Source: a virus (taxonomy: Duplodnaviria; Heunggongvirae; Uroviricota; Caudoviricetes). Taken from it: a DNA stretch of 64,000 nucleotides. Shown here in pieces: positions 1 to 12,606 of the stretch (the first letter of the stretch is position 1; the number at the start of each line of letters is the position of its first letter). The notes below the pieces were generated by a model, which was not told where the DNA came from, searched no databases, and saw nothing but the letters and a program-made list of their open reading frames with translations. The stretch lies in the IMG/VR virus record IMGVR_UViG_3300042922_001018, one strand, 5' to 3'. The position numbers and the translations under genes are program-made.

Positions 1-10
1 CACTGGGCGC

Positions 11-733
11 ATGGACCTGTACGCCGTTCCCGAGATGACCTGGCCTAGCACGCTGCCAGCCATCGAGCCGGTCGGAACGAAGGCTGCGGTTCTCCGATTC
101 GAGGAGCGACTGCCCGACCTCATCTTGAACGAGATGCGGCTGGAAGGCATCGACATCTCGGAATCGCAGCTCGACAAGGTTCTCGCGGGCAAGGCAGCGC
201 CGGGCCTCAGCCCCGAGGATGCGCAACGGGCTGTTGCGTACGCCCGTGCAGTAGACCAGATGCTCGAATGGGTGAAGAGCGGTGGATTCGGCCTCGGGCT
301 ACAGGGTGCTCGGCAACTGAACCACGGTATCTCTGCGGCCGAAGGTGTGCTGGAGCCGGGCATCATCCGCGGTAAAGGGAGCGTGCAGGGCGGAGGCCAC
401 GTCTCCGGTCCGGGCTTCCGTTATTCGGCGCCGGAGAGCGGGGCGCGGCTCCACGAGTACCTCGAACGCCACCTGGCGCGCATCTACGATTTCCCGAACC
501 CGGTGCTCCGTGCGACGGCGATGGCCGCGTTGTTCGCGTACACTCAGCCGTTCTTCGATGGGAACAAGCGAACAGGGCGCCTCGTGATGGACTACGAGCT
601 GCTGCGTTACGGCTTCGACGGCATCATCGTTCCGGCGGAACACGAGGCGGACTACGTGGCTGCCGTCGCCAAGATGTACCGAGGCGGAGACGCTACGGCG
701 TACGTCGAGTTCCTCGTTGCGTTCATGCGCTGA
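11..733 (+). CDS. Fic/Doc-family protein (variant motif QPFFDGNKRTGR)
   Basis: Fic signature HPFxDGNGRxxR present as QPFFDGNKRTGR; typical Fic-like N-terminal helices. Confidence 0.85.
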   Translation: MDLYAVPEMTWPSTLPAIEPVGTKAAVLRFEERLPDLILNEMRLEGIDISESQLDKVLAGKAAPGLSPEDAQRAVAYARAVDQMLEWVKSGGFGLGLQGARQLNHGISAAEGVLEPGIIRGKGSVQGGGHVSGPGFRYSAPESGARLHEYLERHLARIYDFPNPVLRATAMAALFAYTQPFFDGNKRTGRLVMDYELLRYGFDGIIVPAEHEADYVAAVAKMYRGGDATAYVEFLVAFMR

Positions 734-751
734 GACGAGTACACTGGCCTC

Positions 752-940
752 ATGACTCAGGAGACCCCGGCGCCCGGCTCGAAGTGGAAGCGCAAGAAAG
801 ACGGTCGCGAGACGACCGTCAATCCCCGGCCATTGTTCGCCATCGACGGCAAGCTCCAGGTTCTCTTCGAGAAGAACGACAAGTCCTACATCCAGTGGAT
901 GACCGTGCCCGGATTCCTGCGTACACACGCTCCGGTGTAG
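752..940 (+). CDS. Small hypothetical protein (62 aa)
   Basis: -10 TACACT at 740-745, 6 nt before ATG (leaderless); beta-rich phage-like sequence. Confidence 0.65.
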   Translation: MTQETPAPGSKWKRKKDGRETTVNPRPLFAIDGKLQVLFEKNDKSYIQWMTVPGFLRTHAPV

Positions 941-1086
941 GAGGCATTCCACTGTTCGCGCGAAGAGAATCCTAGGGACCATCCCTGCGCTTGGCAGGGT
1001 CTACCTGCGTCGATGTTGTACGGCGCGATGAAGTGAGGGACACCCCTGCGCGTGCAGGGTATGTAAGACCGAACAGCGCCTCCTTG

Positions 1087-1701
1087 CTAGGCGCTCAACG
1101 CACCGGCCAACAAGGGCGAGTACGCCTTGACGATGCCGACCTGCCGCTCGAACCAACGAGTCGCCCACTCGTTACCGGCCCACACCTCGGGGAGGGCACG
1201 TGCGAGTTCCTCAGCCCGACGGGCGTCCATCATCTCGTCATACGCAGCGTCATGCGTTCCGCGCAGCTTCGCGGTCGCAGACTCGGCCGAGACCGCCGCA
1301 TCCTTCGCTGCCGACTGAGCCGACCGCAGCTTCGCGAGCAGGGCATCCGTCTTCTGAGACTGCTTCTCGTGGACGGCCGTGTTCTCCTGCTGTTCCTCCG
1401 GCGCCAGACGTTCCCATGCGTCCGCGTCCCGCTGCGCGCGAGCCTCGGCGGCATCCAGCTTCGACTGGGCGACGGCGAGCGCTTGCTCCTTCAGCAGCGT
1501 GGCGTTGTACTGCACCGCCCACGCGTTGCGCGCCTTCTGGAACACGCCAACCTTCTCAGCCCAGTGGGCATCCACGGTCTTCTTGAACTCCGTCAGCGAC
1601 TCGACGCTCAGCCGCTCGACCGGGTAGTCAGCGAAGCCCAACGAGACGAAGACGAGGGCGAGGCGAAGGTCGTCAGTGAGACGCGCGCGGTGAGTGGCCA
1701 T
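1087..1701 (-). CDS. Hypothetical coiled-coil protein
   Basis: Ala/Glu/Lys-rich heptads; start moved to ATG 1701 by TTGACA-17-TACTAT promoter. Confidence 0.7.
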   Translation of the reverse strand: MATHRARLTDDLRLALVFVSLGFADYPVERLSVESLTEFKKTVDAHWAEKVGVFQKARNAWAVQYNATLLKEQALAVAQSKLDAAEARAQRDADAWERLAPEEQQENTAVHEKQSQKTDALLAKLRSAQSAAKDAAVSAESATAKLRGTHDAAYDEMMDARRAEELARALPEVWAGNEWATRWFERQVGIVKAYSPLLAGALSA

Positions 1702-1707
1702 GTCACG

Positions 1708-1736
1708 ATAGTATCGACTAGCGGCCGTCGTGTCAA
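1708..1736 (-). promoter_or_regulatory. sigma70-type leaderless promoter
   Basis: TTGACA(1736-1731)-17-TACTAT(1713-1708)-6-ATG. Confidence 0.75.
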
Positions 1737-1742
1737 CCACGC

Positions 1743-2357
1743 TCAGGGATTCGGTCCTTCAGTGTACCCAAGTCTCTGCAACGGGGTCCGGAGGAGTCTA
1801 TCGACCGAAGATTGCAGAACCTTCTTCGGTCGGACTCTTTGAGGCCCGGTTTGTTCTGCAAAGAGCGATGCGCCGATTACAGCACGATGCTCTGACCACC
1901 TTCGTTCGTTCAGTTCCAACGCGTCGATGCTAGCAAGAGCAAAAATCTCGACGCCGAGGCTGGCGTCGCCAGTAGCGACATCCTCGTCCGTTGCAATCAT
2001 GGCCTGAGCGCTTTCAATGGACAAAAGAAGCTCACTGGTGTAGGCTTCCACCCGGCGGCGCGTATTGACCGAAAGCACGGGCCATACCGCAGCAGCGCGG
2101 TCAATCTCCAGAAGAGACCGAAACTCCTGGAGCTTCGCCGGGGCATCAGATGGGTTTTGGAGTTCTTTCAAGACGATAGAGGAACGTTCAATGTCTCGTA
2201 CCCATGCTCTCACTTCGTCGCTAGCTCGCGCACGTAAGCGTAGAGATTCGGCGTGCAGATTCGCGCGCCTGTAGCGGAGAGCTGCCCACACGGCGATAAC
2301 CATAACGAGGACGCCGACTACTGTGTCTATGGTCTCCCATTCTATGACCACCCGCAT
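1743..2357 (-). CDS. Hypothetical membrane-anchored protein
   Basis: One N-terminal TM helix (VVGVLVMVIAVWAAL) then helical domain; AT-richer codons. Confidence 0.6.
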   Translation of the reverse strand: MRVVIEWETIDTVVGVLVMVIAVWAALRYRRANLHAESLRLRARASDEVRAWVRDIERSSIVLKELQNPSDAPAKLQEFRSLLEIDRAAAVWPVLSVNTRRRVEAYTSELLLSIESAQAMIATDEDVATGDASLGVEIFALASIDALELNERRWSEHRAVIGASLFAEQTGPQRVRPKKVLQSSVDRLLRTPLQRLGYTEGPNP

Positions 2358-2418
2358 CCACCCCTATGCATCTCTCTAGACACCTTCAGCCTACCACGCT
2401 TATGATACACTGAACGGC

Positions 2419-3387
<969 letters not shown>

Positions 3388-3552
3388 GCTAACCTCTCGT
3401 TATTAACGGCGCAGCCGACGCGCTTCGACGACGATGGCGGTACCTCTCCGGCAGTCTCGGAGGGACGATGTAGCTGTTGTTTGAACGGTCCTCTACAAGG
3501 AGACCATGATGCAGACTCAACGTCACTATCTACCGCATGAGCCGCTGGCGAG

Positions 3553-5585
<2,033 letters not shown>

Positions 5586-5589
<4 letters not shown>

Positions 5590-5795
5590 GCGACAGCAGC
5601 GTATTCAAGCGGGACGCCCTGGTCCCAGAGTTCGATGGTCTGGCTCACACTCACACCGCTCTTCAGACACGCCACAGCGTAGCCCGCGGGGACGCCGCCG
5701 GACCAGAACTTCCGGAGGTGAGGCGGGAAGATGTCGGCCAAGCCGAGCATCGAGAAGACATCCTGATACTCACGGTAGGAGACGGTCGCTGCCAT
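5586..5795 (-). CDS. PxEY-tail family protein (near-minimal two-repeat member)
   Basis: GVPAGYAVACLKSGVSVSQTIELWDQGVPLEYAAVA*. Confidence 0.8.
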
Positions 5796-5804
5796 CGTGG
5801 ATTC

Positions 5805-6563
5805 CTACCGCAGTTTCTTCGCTGGTACAGCTCCCCGCATGAAGCCAGCGAGGGGAGAAGGCTTCGGAACCGTAGTCGGCGCCGGAGGCGACATGGCTTC
5901 CGCGTACTCGAACGGAACGCCCGCATCCAGCCCGGCAAGGGCAGTGTCCAGTGGGAGCTTCAGATACCTCTGCACGTCTGCGACACCGTTCTGCCGAGCA
6001 TGGGCTACAAGCCTCTTCATGGTGGCTTCGAGGTCCGCATCGGGTACTGACTTCACGGCCTCGGCGAATGCGGGAGCAGCGCGCTTGAAAACAGAGACCG
6101 CTCCAGAACGATGCGCCGCTCGAACCAGCCGGACGAATCGCTCCGAAGAGCCGTTCGAGATGTCACGGAAATGCCCGTACATCTTCGGCGACGTGAACGC
6201 TAGCCGCGTCCCGGCGAACATGCGGCGGTACGGCAACGCCCAGAGTCGGTTACCGGGGATGAAACCGCGCCAACCGTCAACGGCGTGTTGCGCATGCATC
6301 CTGAACCCGATACGCCAGAGGTCCAGGACGAAACCAAGGATGAGCAGGCCGACCGCGAATCCCAAGCCCCACAGCGCGAGCCGTTCGTTGACACGAGCTA
6401 GCCAGGAGAGAGCAGTGCTTACGCCCAGAATCCAGCCAGCAGCGTAGAACACCGACCGAATCAGTCGGGGCTGTTCCTTCCAGCCTTCGCGGAAGAGACG
6501 GAGACCGGTGACGACGAGACGGAACGGCGTGAGGGCAGCGCGCGGGTTGAGCGACAGCGACAT
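5805..6563 (-). CDS. PxEY-tail family protein, membrane-anchored
   Basis: Two TM helices; AGVPFEYAEAM plus Pro-rich tail; start moved to 6563 (TGgTAACAT -10). Confidence 0.75.
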   Translation of the reverse strand: MSLSLNPRAALTPFRLVVTGLRLFREGWKEQPRLIRSVFYAAGWILGVSTALSWLARVNERLALWGLGFAVGLLILGFVLDLWRIGFRMHAQHAVDGWRGFIPGNRLWALPYRRMFAGTRLAFTSPKMYGHFRDISNGSSERFVRLVRAAHRSGAVSVFKRAAPAFAEAVKSVPDADLEATMKRLVAHARQNGVADVQRYLKLPLDTALAGLDAGVPFEYAEAMSPPAPTTVPKPSPLAGFMRGAVPAKKLR

Positions 6564-6573
6564 ACCGGTCATG

Positions 6574-6786
6574 TTACCACACCCGCTCAGAGCGGTCCAT
6601 GCCCGGCTTCTGCCCAATGAGAGAGACCTGTTCTTTCTGCGGGCAGGCTGCTAGGATAGCCCCATGGCACGAGACATCGTAGAACGGCTGCATGGCTCCT
6701 ACCGCGACCCGGAACACGGTGTCGTCGTGGTTTCGCCTCGTCTGCTCGTCGATGCCGAGAACGAAATCAAGCGGCTCCGTCAGCAA
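6574..6786 (-). CDS. Small hypothetical protein (~70 aa)
   Basis: TTG start overlapping upstream TGA; fills the gap between family genes. Confidence 0.45.
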   Translation of the reverse strand: MLTEPLDFVLGIDEQTRRNHDDTVFRVAVGAMQPFYDVSCHGAILAACPQKEQVSLIGQKPGMDRSERVW

Positions 6787-7076
6787 GTAGCTGCGTACTC
6801 CGCCGCCACCCCAGACCTCCAGCCCTGAACCGTCGCCTGGATGGTGCCACCGGCACCGAGGCACGCTCCCGCGTATTCGACACCCACCCCGGCGTTCCAC
6901 AGAGGGAACATGTCCGCGTGGAAGAACTGCCGACCCGCTCGCGTCTTGACCGCGGTGCAGTACCCGTACTGCCAGGTGGTATCGACGCCGGGAGGGACAT
7001 CCGAGAGGGTGAACGGATAGCCGTCCACCAGCTTCGGCTGCCCGTCGGGGAGGACGGTCACGATGTCAAGGTCCAT
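6780..7076 (-). CDS. PxEY-tail family protein
   Basis: WNAGVGVEYAGAC...WRSGVAAEYAATC*. Confidence 0.75.
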   Translation of the reverse strand: MDLDIVTVLPDGQPKLVDGYPFTLSDVPPGVDTTWQYGYCTAVKTRAGRQFFHADMFPLWNAGVGVEYAGACLGAGGTIQATVQGWRSGVAAEYAATC

Positions 7077-7080
7077 GCCA

Positions 7081-7455
7081 TCAGTCCTTGTGGAAAGGGT
7101 GCAACGTCCATGCGGGCAGGTACTCGACCGGGATGCCTGTCCGCCAGCACTCGATAGCGTCGGTCGGCATCACCCCATGCGCCTTGCAGGCTTCGAGGTA
7201 CGCCTCAGGCACACCGGCCGAGTGGAGGGCTGCGATGGCTCCCACCAGTGCATCCTCACCGACGGTATCGTCCATGAACCAGTCATCGGCGAAGTGGAAC
7301 GCGATGGCCGCGTATCGAGCGGGCACTCCACGCGCGTCAAGGATGCCCAGATGCTCACCCGTCAGTCGCCCGGTTGAGAATCTCTTGTCCGCCTGCACGA
7401 CTTCATCGTATCCCAGAGCGGCCCCCGGCGCAACGCCTTCATGCTCCCCGTTCAC
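7081..7455 (-). CDS. PxEY-tail family protein
   Basis: GVPARY, GVPEAY, GIPVEY; GTG start overlaps upstream TGA. Confidence 0.75.
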   Translation of the reverse strand: MNGEHEGVAPGAALGYDEVVQADKRFSTGRLTGEHLGILDARGVPARYAAIAFHFADDWFMDDTVGEDALVGAIAALHSAGVPEAYLEACKAHGVMPTDAIECWRTGIPVEYLPAWTLHPFHKD

Positions 7456-7739
7456 GCGGTCACATACTCCAGAGGGATACCCTGCGACCACAGCTCGTGA
7501 ACTTCACTCAATGAGCGGCCGAGCCGGACGGCCTCAATCGCGTACTCCGCCGGGATGCCCCGTCGTCGAAGCAGGCGGATGTTCGGCCCGTTCACTTCCC
7601 AGAAGCACCCGGAGTCTTCAGCGTACGCCTGAGCGAACGGCGCCGCGTACGACTTCGATACCCCGCACCGCGAGAAGCTCTCCGTCAGTGTCTCGATGAG
7701 GCGCAGCCGGTCAGAACGGCCGACGTAGTCGAAGCTCAT
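7452..7739 (-). CDS. PxEY-tail family protein
   Basis: GIPAEYAI...WSQGIPLEYVTA*. Confidence 0.85.
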   Translation of the reverse strand: MSFDYVGRSDRLRLIETLTESFSRCGVSKSYAAPFAQAYAEDSGCFWEVNGPNIRLLRRRGIPAEYAIEAVRLGRSLSEVHELWSQGIPLEYVTA

Positions 7740-8014
7740 GCGGTCACATACTCCAACGGGACACCGTCAAGCCAGAGCCGGACGGTCTGCTGAGCGGTGT
7801 ATCCTGCCTGCGTCGCGTGCACCGCGTATTCGACAGGGATGCCCTTGAACTGGAGCAGCGCGAGCTGTCCGCCGGTCACCGACGCGAACGCCTCTTCGGC
7901 GTCCACAGCCGCAAGGGCGAATGCCTCGGCGAACTTCACGGAAGCGCCCGCTTCGATGAACGCCTTCTTGCGGCTCCGTACTCGGTTCTCGGTTTCTGCG
8001 AAGTCGTACTTCAT
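7736..8014 (-). CDS. PxEY-tail family protein
   Basis: GIPVEYAV...WLDGVPLEYVTA*. Confidence 0.85.
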   Translation of the reverse strand: MKYDFAETENRVRSRKKAFIEAGASVKFAEAFALAAVDAEEAFASVTGGQLALLQFKGIPVEYAVHATQAGYTAQQTVRLWLDGVPLEYVTA

Positions 8015-8262
8015 GCGGTCAGATACTCCTCAGGTACGCCATCTGTCCACATCTGGATGATGGCCTCCCCTTCATGACCCGCTTCGGAGCCAAGGACGGC
8101 GTATTCCTCGGGGACGCCTGCGTGGAACAGGGCGAAGCCCGGCAGACCTGGCGCACGGTTCATCAGACGCCACACGTATCCGATAGCCTGTTTCACTTCG
8201 AACTCTCGGCGCTCGGTTTCGTCCAGGTCGAGACCAAGACTCTCCGGCGTGTCAGTCACCAC
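8011..8262 (-). CDS. PxEY-tail family protein
   Basis: GVPEEYAV...WTDGVPEEYLTA*. Confidence 0.85.
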   Translation of the reverse strand: MVTDTPESLGLDLDETERREFEVKQAIGYVWRLMNRAPGLPGFALFHAGVPEEYAVLGSEAGHEGEAIIQMWTDGVPEEYLTA

Positions 8263-9082
8263 TCACCGCCGCGAGGTACTCCTGAGGCACGTTGTCCTTG
8301 CTCGCCGCGATGAGCGCCGAAGGCGTGATGCGGTAGTTCATCCCGGCGCGGATGTAGTCCAAGCTGACCCCAGCTTCGAACAGTGAGACGACGGTGGACG
8401 CGCGCTCATCGCCGATGGCGAACAGGGCGGTGTACGTGTCCGCCGCGTGAGCGTACTCGGCCGGGACACCCCGTTGGAATGCGAGCATGACGGACGGAAC
8501 CGAAAGGGTAACTGCGGTCTCGCGCCCTTCGCGCCAGAACTCGCGGCTGAAGGCCTGTGCATAGCCGCTCTCGACACCCTGCGACGTAACGTAGGTCGCG
8601 ATGAACCGTGGAGTGAACTCGTTGAAGCCACGCTCGGGGACCGGGCGTACGAGTGTGCCGCGGACCTTGTCCGACTCCATCTCTACGATACCGGTGAGCG
8701 ACACCGTCGAGTCATCCCAGTCGTCATCCACGAGCCACTTACCCGCTCGCTCCGGGATATCGTACGGGTCCGAGTAGTCATTCGCCGAAACGACGCACCC
8801 GTTGAAGGGGATAGTCCACCCGTACCCATTGCCGTTCCATGTGTGGAGGACACCGTGGAACTCGTACTCCTCCTCGTCGCACCAGGGGGCGTCCTCATCC
8901 GACTCGTACGGTCCGTCGTTCACACCGTCGTAGCCCGGAACCTTGTGCACGTCTTCGGTGCACTCTTGCCACCCGTTGCAGCCCACCGGGCACTCGACAT
9001 GGTTGAGGAACTCCGGCGGCTCGTTCGGGTACTTCTCCGCGTACTCCGTGTCCAGCTCCCGGATGAAAACGTGCGCACTCAT
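8252..9082 (-). CDS. PxEY-tail family protein with acidic Cys/His-rich N-terminal domain
   Basis: Start moved to ATGA overlap at 9082; HVECPVGCNGWQECTEDVH; GVPAEY...NVPQEYLAAVSGD*. Confidence 0.75.
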   Translation of the reverse strand: MSAHVFIRELDTEYAEKYPNEPPEFLNHVECPVGCNGWQECTEDVHKVPGYDGVNDGPYESDEDAPWCDEEEYEFHGVLHTWNGNGYGWTIPFNGCVVSANDYSDPYDIPERAGKWLVDDDWDDSTVSLTGIVEMESDKVRGTLVRPVPERGFNEFTPRFIATYVTSQGVESGYAQAFSREFWREGRETAVTLSVPSVMLAFQRGVPAEYAHAADTYTALFAIGDERASTVVSLFEAGVSLDYIRAGMNYRITPSALIAASKDNVPQEYLAAVSGD

Positions 9083-9897
9083 GACTCCCCCATCACCGTG
9101 ACGTATTCCAGAGCGATACCATCTCGCCACATTCGAACGGCGTCCTCCATGCTGTGCCCCGCGCGCTCGCACGCTACCGCGTACTCAGCGTCAACCCCAG
9201 CGCGCCAGAATCCTGTTGCCAGGTCACCGAGCGAACCTACCGCGAAGATTTGCGAGAGCGTCACAGCGTAGTCGATGGGCACACCGACTTCGTGGATAGC
9301 GAGAGCTTCATGCAGGGAATACTGGTGGGGTGTCCCGCCGAGCGTCGAGAAGCTGATAGGCACTTCCGAGATGAAGTCGGGTGATGCTCCGCTCCGCAGG
9401 AGTCGCTGGATGCCACCCAGGTTCGTCTCATGAAAGACGCGGATGCCGCGGTCCATGATTTTCTCAACCCGCGGCCATCCGAAGAGCAAGAAGATGTTCC
9501 ATGCGTCACGAGAAATCTGCTCCTCGCGGGACGTTGGGAAAACGCTACCGCGTCGTGCGCCGCTGTGGTTCAGACCGTTGATGTACCAGGCGAACGTGTC
9601 CAGCTCATCCGCCTGGACGCCGTACTCATGGGCGAGGCGCAAGTCTTCTTCGACCCAGATGCGCGTGTCGTGACCCTCGCCGATGCGACCGGTTCCTGCG
9701 GCGACCAAGAACTCGGCGTAGAACTCTCGCCCTGCCTGCGTGGTGCTCTTCAGGTAGGCCAGCTTGACGAAACGGTACATCTGCGCGTACGTCGGGAACA
9801 GCACCGCGGCAGCTCGATAGGCTGCGGTGCCTGGTCGAATATCCCAGACTCGTAGGCGCAGAGCAACTTCCGCGTCCGGGTGGAGGGTATTCGACAT
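9079..9897 (-). CDS. PxEY-tail family protein, HxD N-module subfamily
   Basis: HPDAEVALRLRVW...LFPTYAQM; GVPIDY, GVDAEY, GIALEY. Confidence 0.85.
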   Translation of the reverse strand: MSNTLHPDAEVALRLRVWDIRPGTAAYRAAAVLFPTYAQMYRFVKLAYLKSTTQAGREFYAEFLVAAGTGRIGEGHDTRIWVEEDLRLAHEYGVQADELDTFAWYINGLNHSGARRGSVFPTSREEQISRDAWNIFLLFGWPRVEKIMDRGIRVFHETNLGGIQRLLRSGASPDFISEVPISFSTLGGTPHQYSLHEALAIHEVGVPIDYAVTLSQIFAVGSLGDLATGFWRAGVDAEYAVACERAGHSMEDAVRMWRDGIALEYVTVMGES

Positions 9898-9903
9898 AGC
9901 CCG

Positions 9904-9932
9904 AGTCTACTCGGTGACGGCTGCCACGTCAA
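9904..9932 (-). promoter_or_regulatory. Leaderless promoter; -35 contains upstream stop codon
   Basis: TTGACG(9932-9927)-17-TAGACT(9909-9904)-6-ATG. Confidence 0.75.
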
Positions 9933-10654
9933 GCTGTGGCGAACTCCAGTGGGATGTTCTGCCGCCAGTACCCGATGATGTCCGCCACTCCGACGCCTGC
10001 TTTCTGGCAAGCGACCACGTACTCCACGGGCACACCGCTTTCGTACAGCCGGATAGCTTCAGCGACGGTCAGCAGCGACTCGTATGGGGTGAAACCGAGC
10101 GAGTCGGCACCGTAGTCGAGAGGAAGAGCCGTGCTGTACTCGACGGGTACACCATGCGCTTCCAACGCCTCGAACCCTTCAATGCCGGTATCGTCAAACA
10201 GAGTGCATCCACCCCGCTCGATGATGGTCGTCAGGTTCTCCACGCCGAGCTTGCGGCTCGCATCCCAGGCCTTCTGGAGCGCCGGGCCGTTGTCAGGGTT
10301 GGACAGCAGCTTGCACGTCCACACGTTGAGAAGGCGGATGTAACGGGCGAACAACGCGACCTCGGACGTTCTGACTTTCAGGTCGGCGCCAAGGCGTAGG
10401 TCACGCACCAAGTCGAGCTTGCCCGGCCCGGTTCCGCCACCGGGGAAGTATCGGCCAGTGCCACCGCCTTGCTTGAAGGTGGCTACGAACATGTGCCCGT
10501 ATGCGGTCCCGGCATCTCCGTAAGCTCGGTCCATGAACTCGGCCATGCTCGCGTACGTCGGGAAGAGCTTACGGGCCAAGGCGGACGCCGGGTCGAAGTG
10601 TGAGAGGTTCCAGTCTTTCAACCGCTGAGCGATTCGCTCGTCCGGGTGCGTCAT
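9929..10654 (-). CDS. PxEY-tail family protein, HxD N-module subfamily
   Basis: HPDERIAQRLKDW...LFPTYASM; GVPVEY x2, NIPLEFATA*. Confidence 0.85.
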   Translation of the reverse strand: MTHPDERIAQRLKDWNLSHFDPASALARKLFPTYASMAEFMDRAYGDAGTAYGHMFVATFKQGGGTGRYFPGGGTGPGKLDLVRDLRLGADLKVRTSEVALFARYIRLLNVWTCKLLSNPDNGPALQKAWDASRKLGVENLTTIIERGGCTLFDDTGIEGFEALEAHGVPVEYSTALPLDYGADSLGFTPYESLLTVAEAIRLYESGVPVEYVVACQKAGVGVADIIGYWRQNIPLEFATA

Positions 10655-11346
10655 GCGCCCACCGCCTCACGCGCATACTCCAACGGCACGAGGCCGTTCG
10701 CCACTTCCCGTGCGAACTCCAGCGGGATACCCGCCTCCCACATCGCGACGATGCGGTCAGTGTCCATCTCGTCTACCACGATGTCCGAGAACCCAGCCGC
10801 GTACTCGGGCGGAACGCCTCTCTCCTCCAGGAAGAGCGCCTCCTCTACATCGAATGCCTCGAAGCCGGGGATGAGCACGGGGACGACACAGATGAACCGT
10901 CCGGAGACGCCTGCGTCCAAGTATTCCGCCGCTTGCTTCCGGCAGTCCTCGTTGAACAGTGTGTACAGCCGCGGACATTCGGCCGCATTGTCCCAACCGA
11001 TGCGCTGGATGAGCTTCGCAGCATCCACGATGTCTGTCTCGCCACCAAGGTAGACGATGTCGCCGTCGAAAATGGCGCGCTGGTTCGCGAACACCATTGC
11101 TTCCACGAACTCATGCAGCGAGTCCGGGTGTTCGATACCGAGGAGCTTGGCGAGACGGATGTCTTCGACCATGCACCCGTGGAAGGAGGAAGTCTCGACC
11201 CCGGCCAGAGCGCGGGCCACGGCCTCTGCGCCGTAGGTCTTCTGAGCGTAACGCTTCGCGTCATCGAACGTCCAGGACATCTCGCCCGCAGACAGGACCG
11301 CGTCCCAGTCACGGAAGAGGTCGAACATGGGCGCGCGCTCAGGCAT
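10651..11346 (-). CDS. PxEY-tail family protein
   Basis: GVPPEY, GIPLEF, LVPLEYAREAVGA*; TTGCGA-17-TAACAT promoter. Confidence 0.85.
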   Translation of the reverse strand: MPERAPMFDLFRDWDAVLSAGEMSWTFDDAKRYAQKTYGAEAVARALAGVETSSFHGCMVEDIRLAKLLGIEHPDSLHEFVEAMVFANQRAIFDGDIVYLGGETDIVDAAKLIQRIGWDNAAECPRLYTLFNEDCRKQAAEYLDAGVSGRFICVVPVLIPGFEAFDVEEALFLEERGVPPEYAAGFSDIVVDEMDTDRIVAMWEAGIPLEFAREVANGLVPLEYAREAVGA

Positions 11347-11384
11347 GGTCTCATGTTACGCGAGAACGGCGCTACTCGCAAGTG

Positions 11385-11702
11385 CTACCGGCCAGTAAGC
11401 ACCTGGACGTACTCGATAGCGATGCCTTGCTGCCAGAGCTTCTGAATGCGGACCAGCGACACACCCATAGCCAAGCAGCTCGACAGATACCACGGCTCGA
11501 CGCCGACGCGATGGAAGTCCACGATGCCTTGCACGGTGATACCGGAGTTCTTCGTGGTCGCGCCCGCGGCGAGAACATCCTTGACGTACTCGGCGGGAAC
11601 TCCAGCTTCAATGAAGCGCGCAGCGTTCATCCGCGAACAGCCAGCCTCATCGGCGTACCGGAAGTACGCCGACTCCGCTTCGGCCTCGGACGTGAAGAGC
11701 AT
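11385..11702 (-). CDS. PxEY-tail family protein
   Basis: GVPAEY, GVEPWY, GIAIEYVQVLTGR*. Confidence 0.8.
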   Translation of the reverse strand: MLFTSEAEAESAYFRYADEAGCSRMNAARFIEAGVPAEYVKDVLAAGATTKNSGITVQGIVDFHRVGVEPWYLSSCLAMGVSLVRIQKLWQQGIAIEYVQVLTGR

Positions 11703-12037
11703 CAGCCGCGCAGGTTCACCAGGGTGAACGGGATGTCCGCGTCCACGAGCATCTCTGCGAAACGCCAGTCCGTGTTCTCGGTCAGGACGTACTTCGGGAT
11801 GAAGAAGCTCATCAGCTCTGGAACCTGAGCATGGAGGACGCCCTGCTCGAAGACACCGAACACGCCCCCGTATTCGCCGGTAGCGATGTATTCGATGGTG
11901 ACGATGTCACCGTTCTCGCGGCGACCGGCGAGAAGAATCTGACCATCCTTCCGGAGGTGCTGGACGAGGTCGATTGCTCGCACCACTCCGCGACGGCCCT
12001 GCTTCTCGACGATGCGCTTCGCTTCAAGGGTGTCCAT
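11702..12037 (-). CDS. Hypothetical protein (no family motif)
   Basis: TGgTAGGAT -10 six nt before ATG; coupled to the next gene. Confidence 0.7.
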   Translation of the reverse strand: MDTLEAKRIVEKQGRRGVVRAIDLVQHLRKDGQILLAGRRENGDIVTIEYIATGEYGGVFGVFEQGVLHAQVPELMSFFIPKYVLTENTDWRFAEMLVDADIPFTLVNLRG

Positions 12038-12086
12038 GCGCCCATCCTACCAGAGTTTCAAGTGGCCAGCAAGGCGGCAACCGTGC

Positions 12087-12590
12087 TCACATCACCACCG
12101 CGTATTCCGCCGGGATTTCACCACGGTACACAGCAAGCAGCACACCCACGTTCGGCATACCAGCCTGCTGAAGCTTCTGTGCCGTGGCTGCCGGAATCCC
12201 AGCCTGATACAGCTCGATGGCGTCCTCGTACCCGAATGAGATGAACGGTCGCATCCGAGACGCGATGTAGTTCACGTCCAACGCTTTCAGGTATTCGAGG
12301 TCTAGCCCTGCGCGAAGGACGGCGAGGAAGCCCGGCCACGCTTTGACATCTTGCTCCAACTGCTCACCGTCTAGAAGCAGTTCATACTCCCACTCCGCGA
12401 GCATGCTGAAGAAGAAGTCCTCTACCGAAGGCCGGGGGTCCATCGCCCTGTAGAACTCGGCCATCTCCTCGGCCGCGGCATCAGGAACGGACCGAGCGCG
12501 AGCGGCACGGTAGAACGCTTCGGGCGCCCGGCGCTTCCTACCCGTCAGACTGATGGGGACGGATGGCTCAGACACAGCGGAATCACCCAT
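12087..12590 (-). CDS. PxEY-tail family protein
   Basis: GLDLEY, GIPAAT, GEIPAEYAVVM*; paralogous to 12607-13059 (FFxxxxxxWEYELL). Confidence 0.8.
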   Translation of the reverse strand: MGDSAVSEPSVPISLTGRKRRAPEAFYRAARARSVPDAAAEEMAEFYRAMDPRPSVEDFFFSMLAEWEYELLLDGEQLEQDVKAWPGFLAVLRAGLDLEYLKALDVNYIASRMRPFISFGYEDAIELYQAGIPAATAQKLQQAGMPNVGVLLAVYRGEIPAEYAVVM

Positions 12591-12606
12591 GCCTCCAGCC
12601 TACCAG

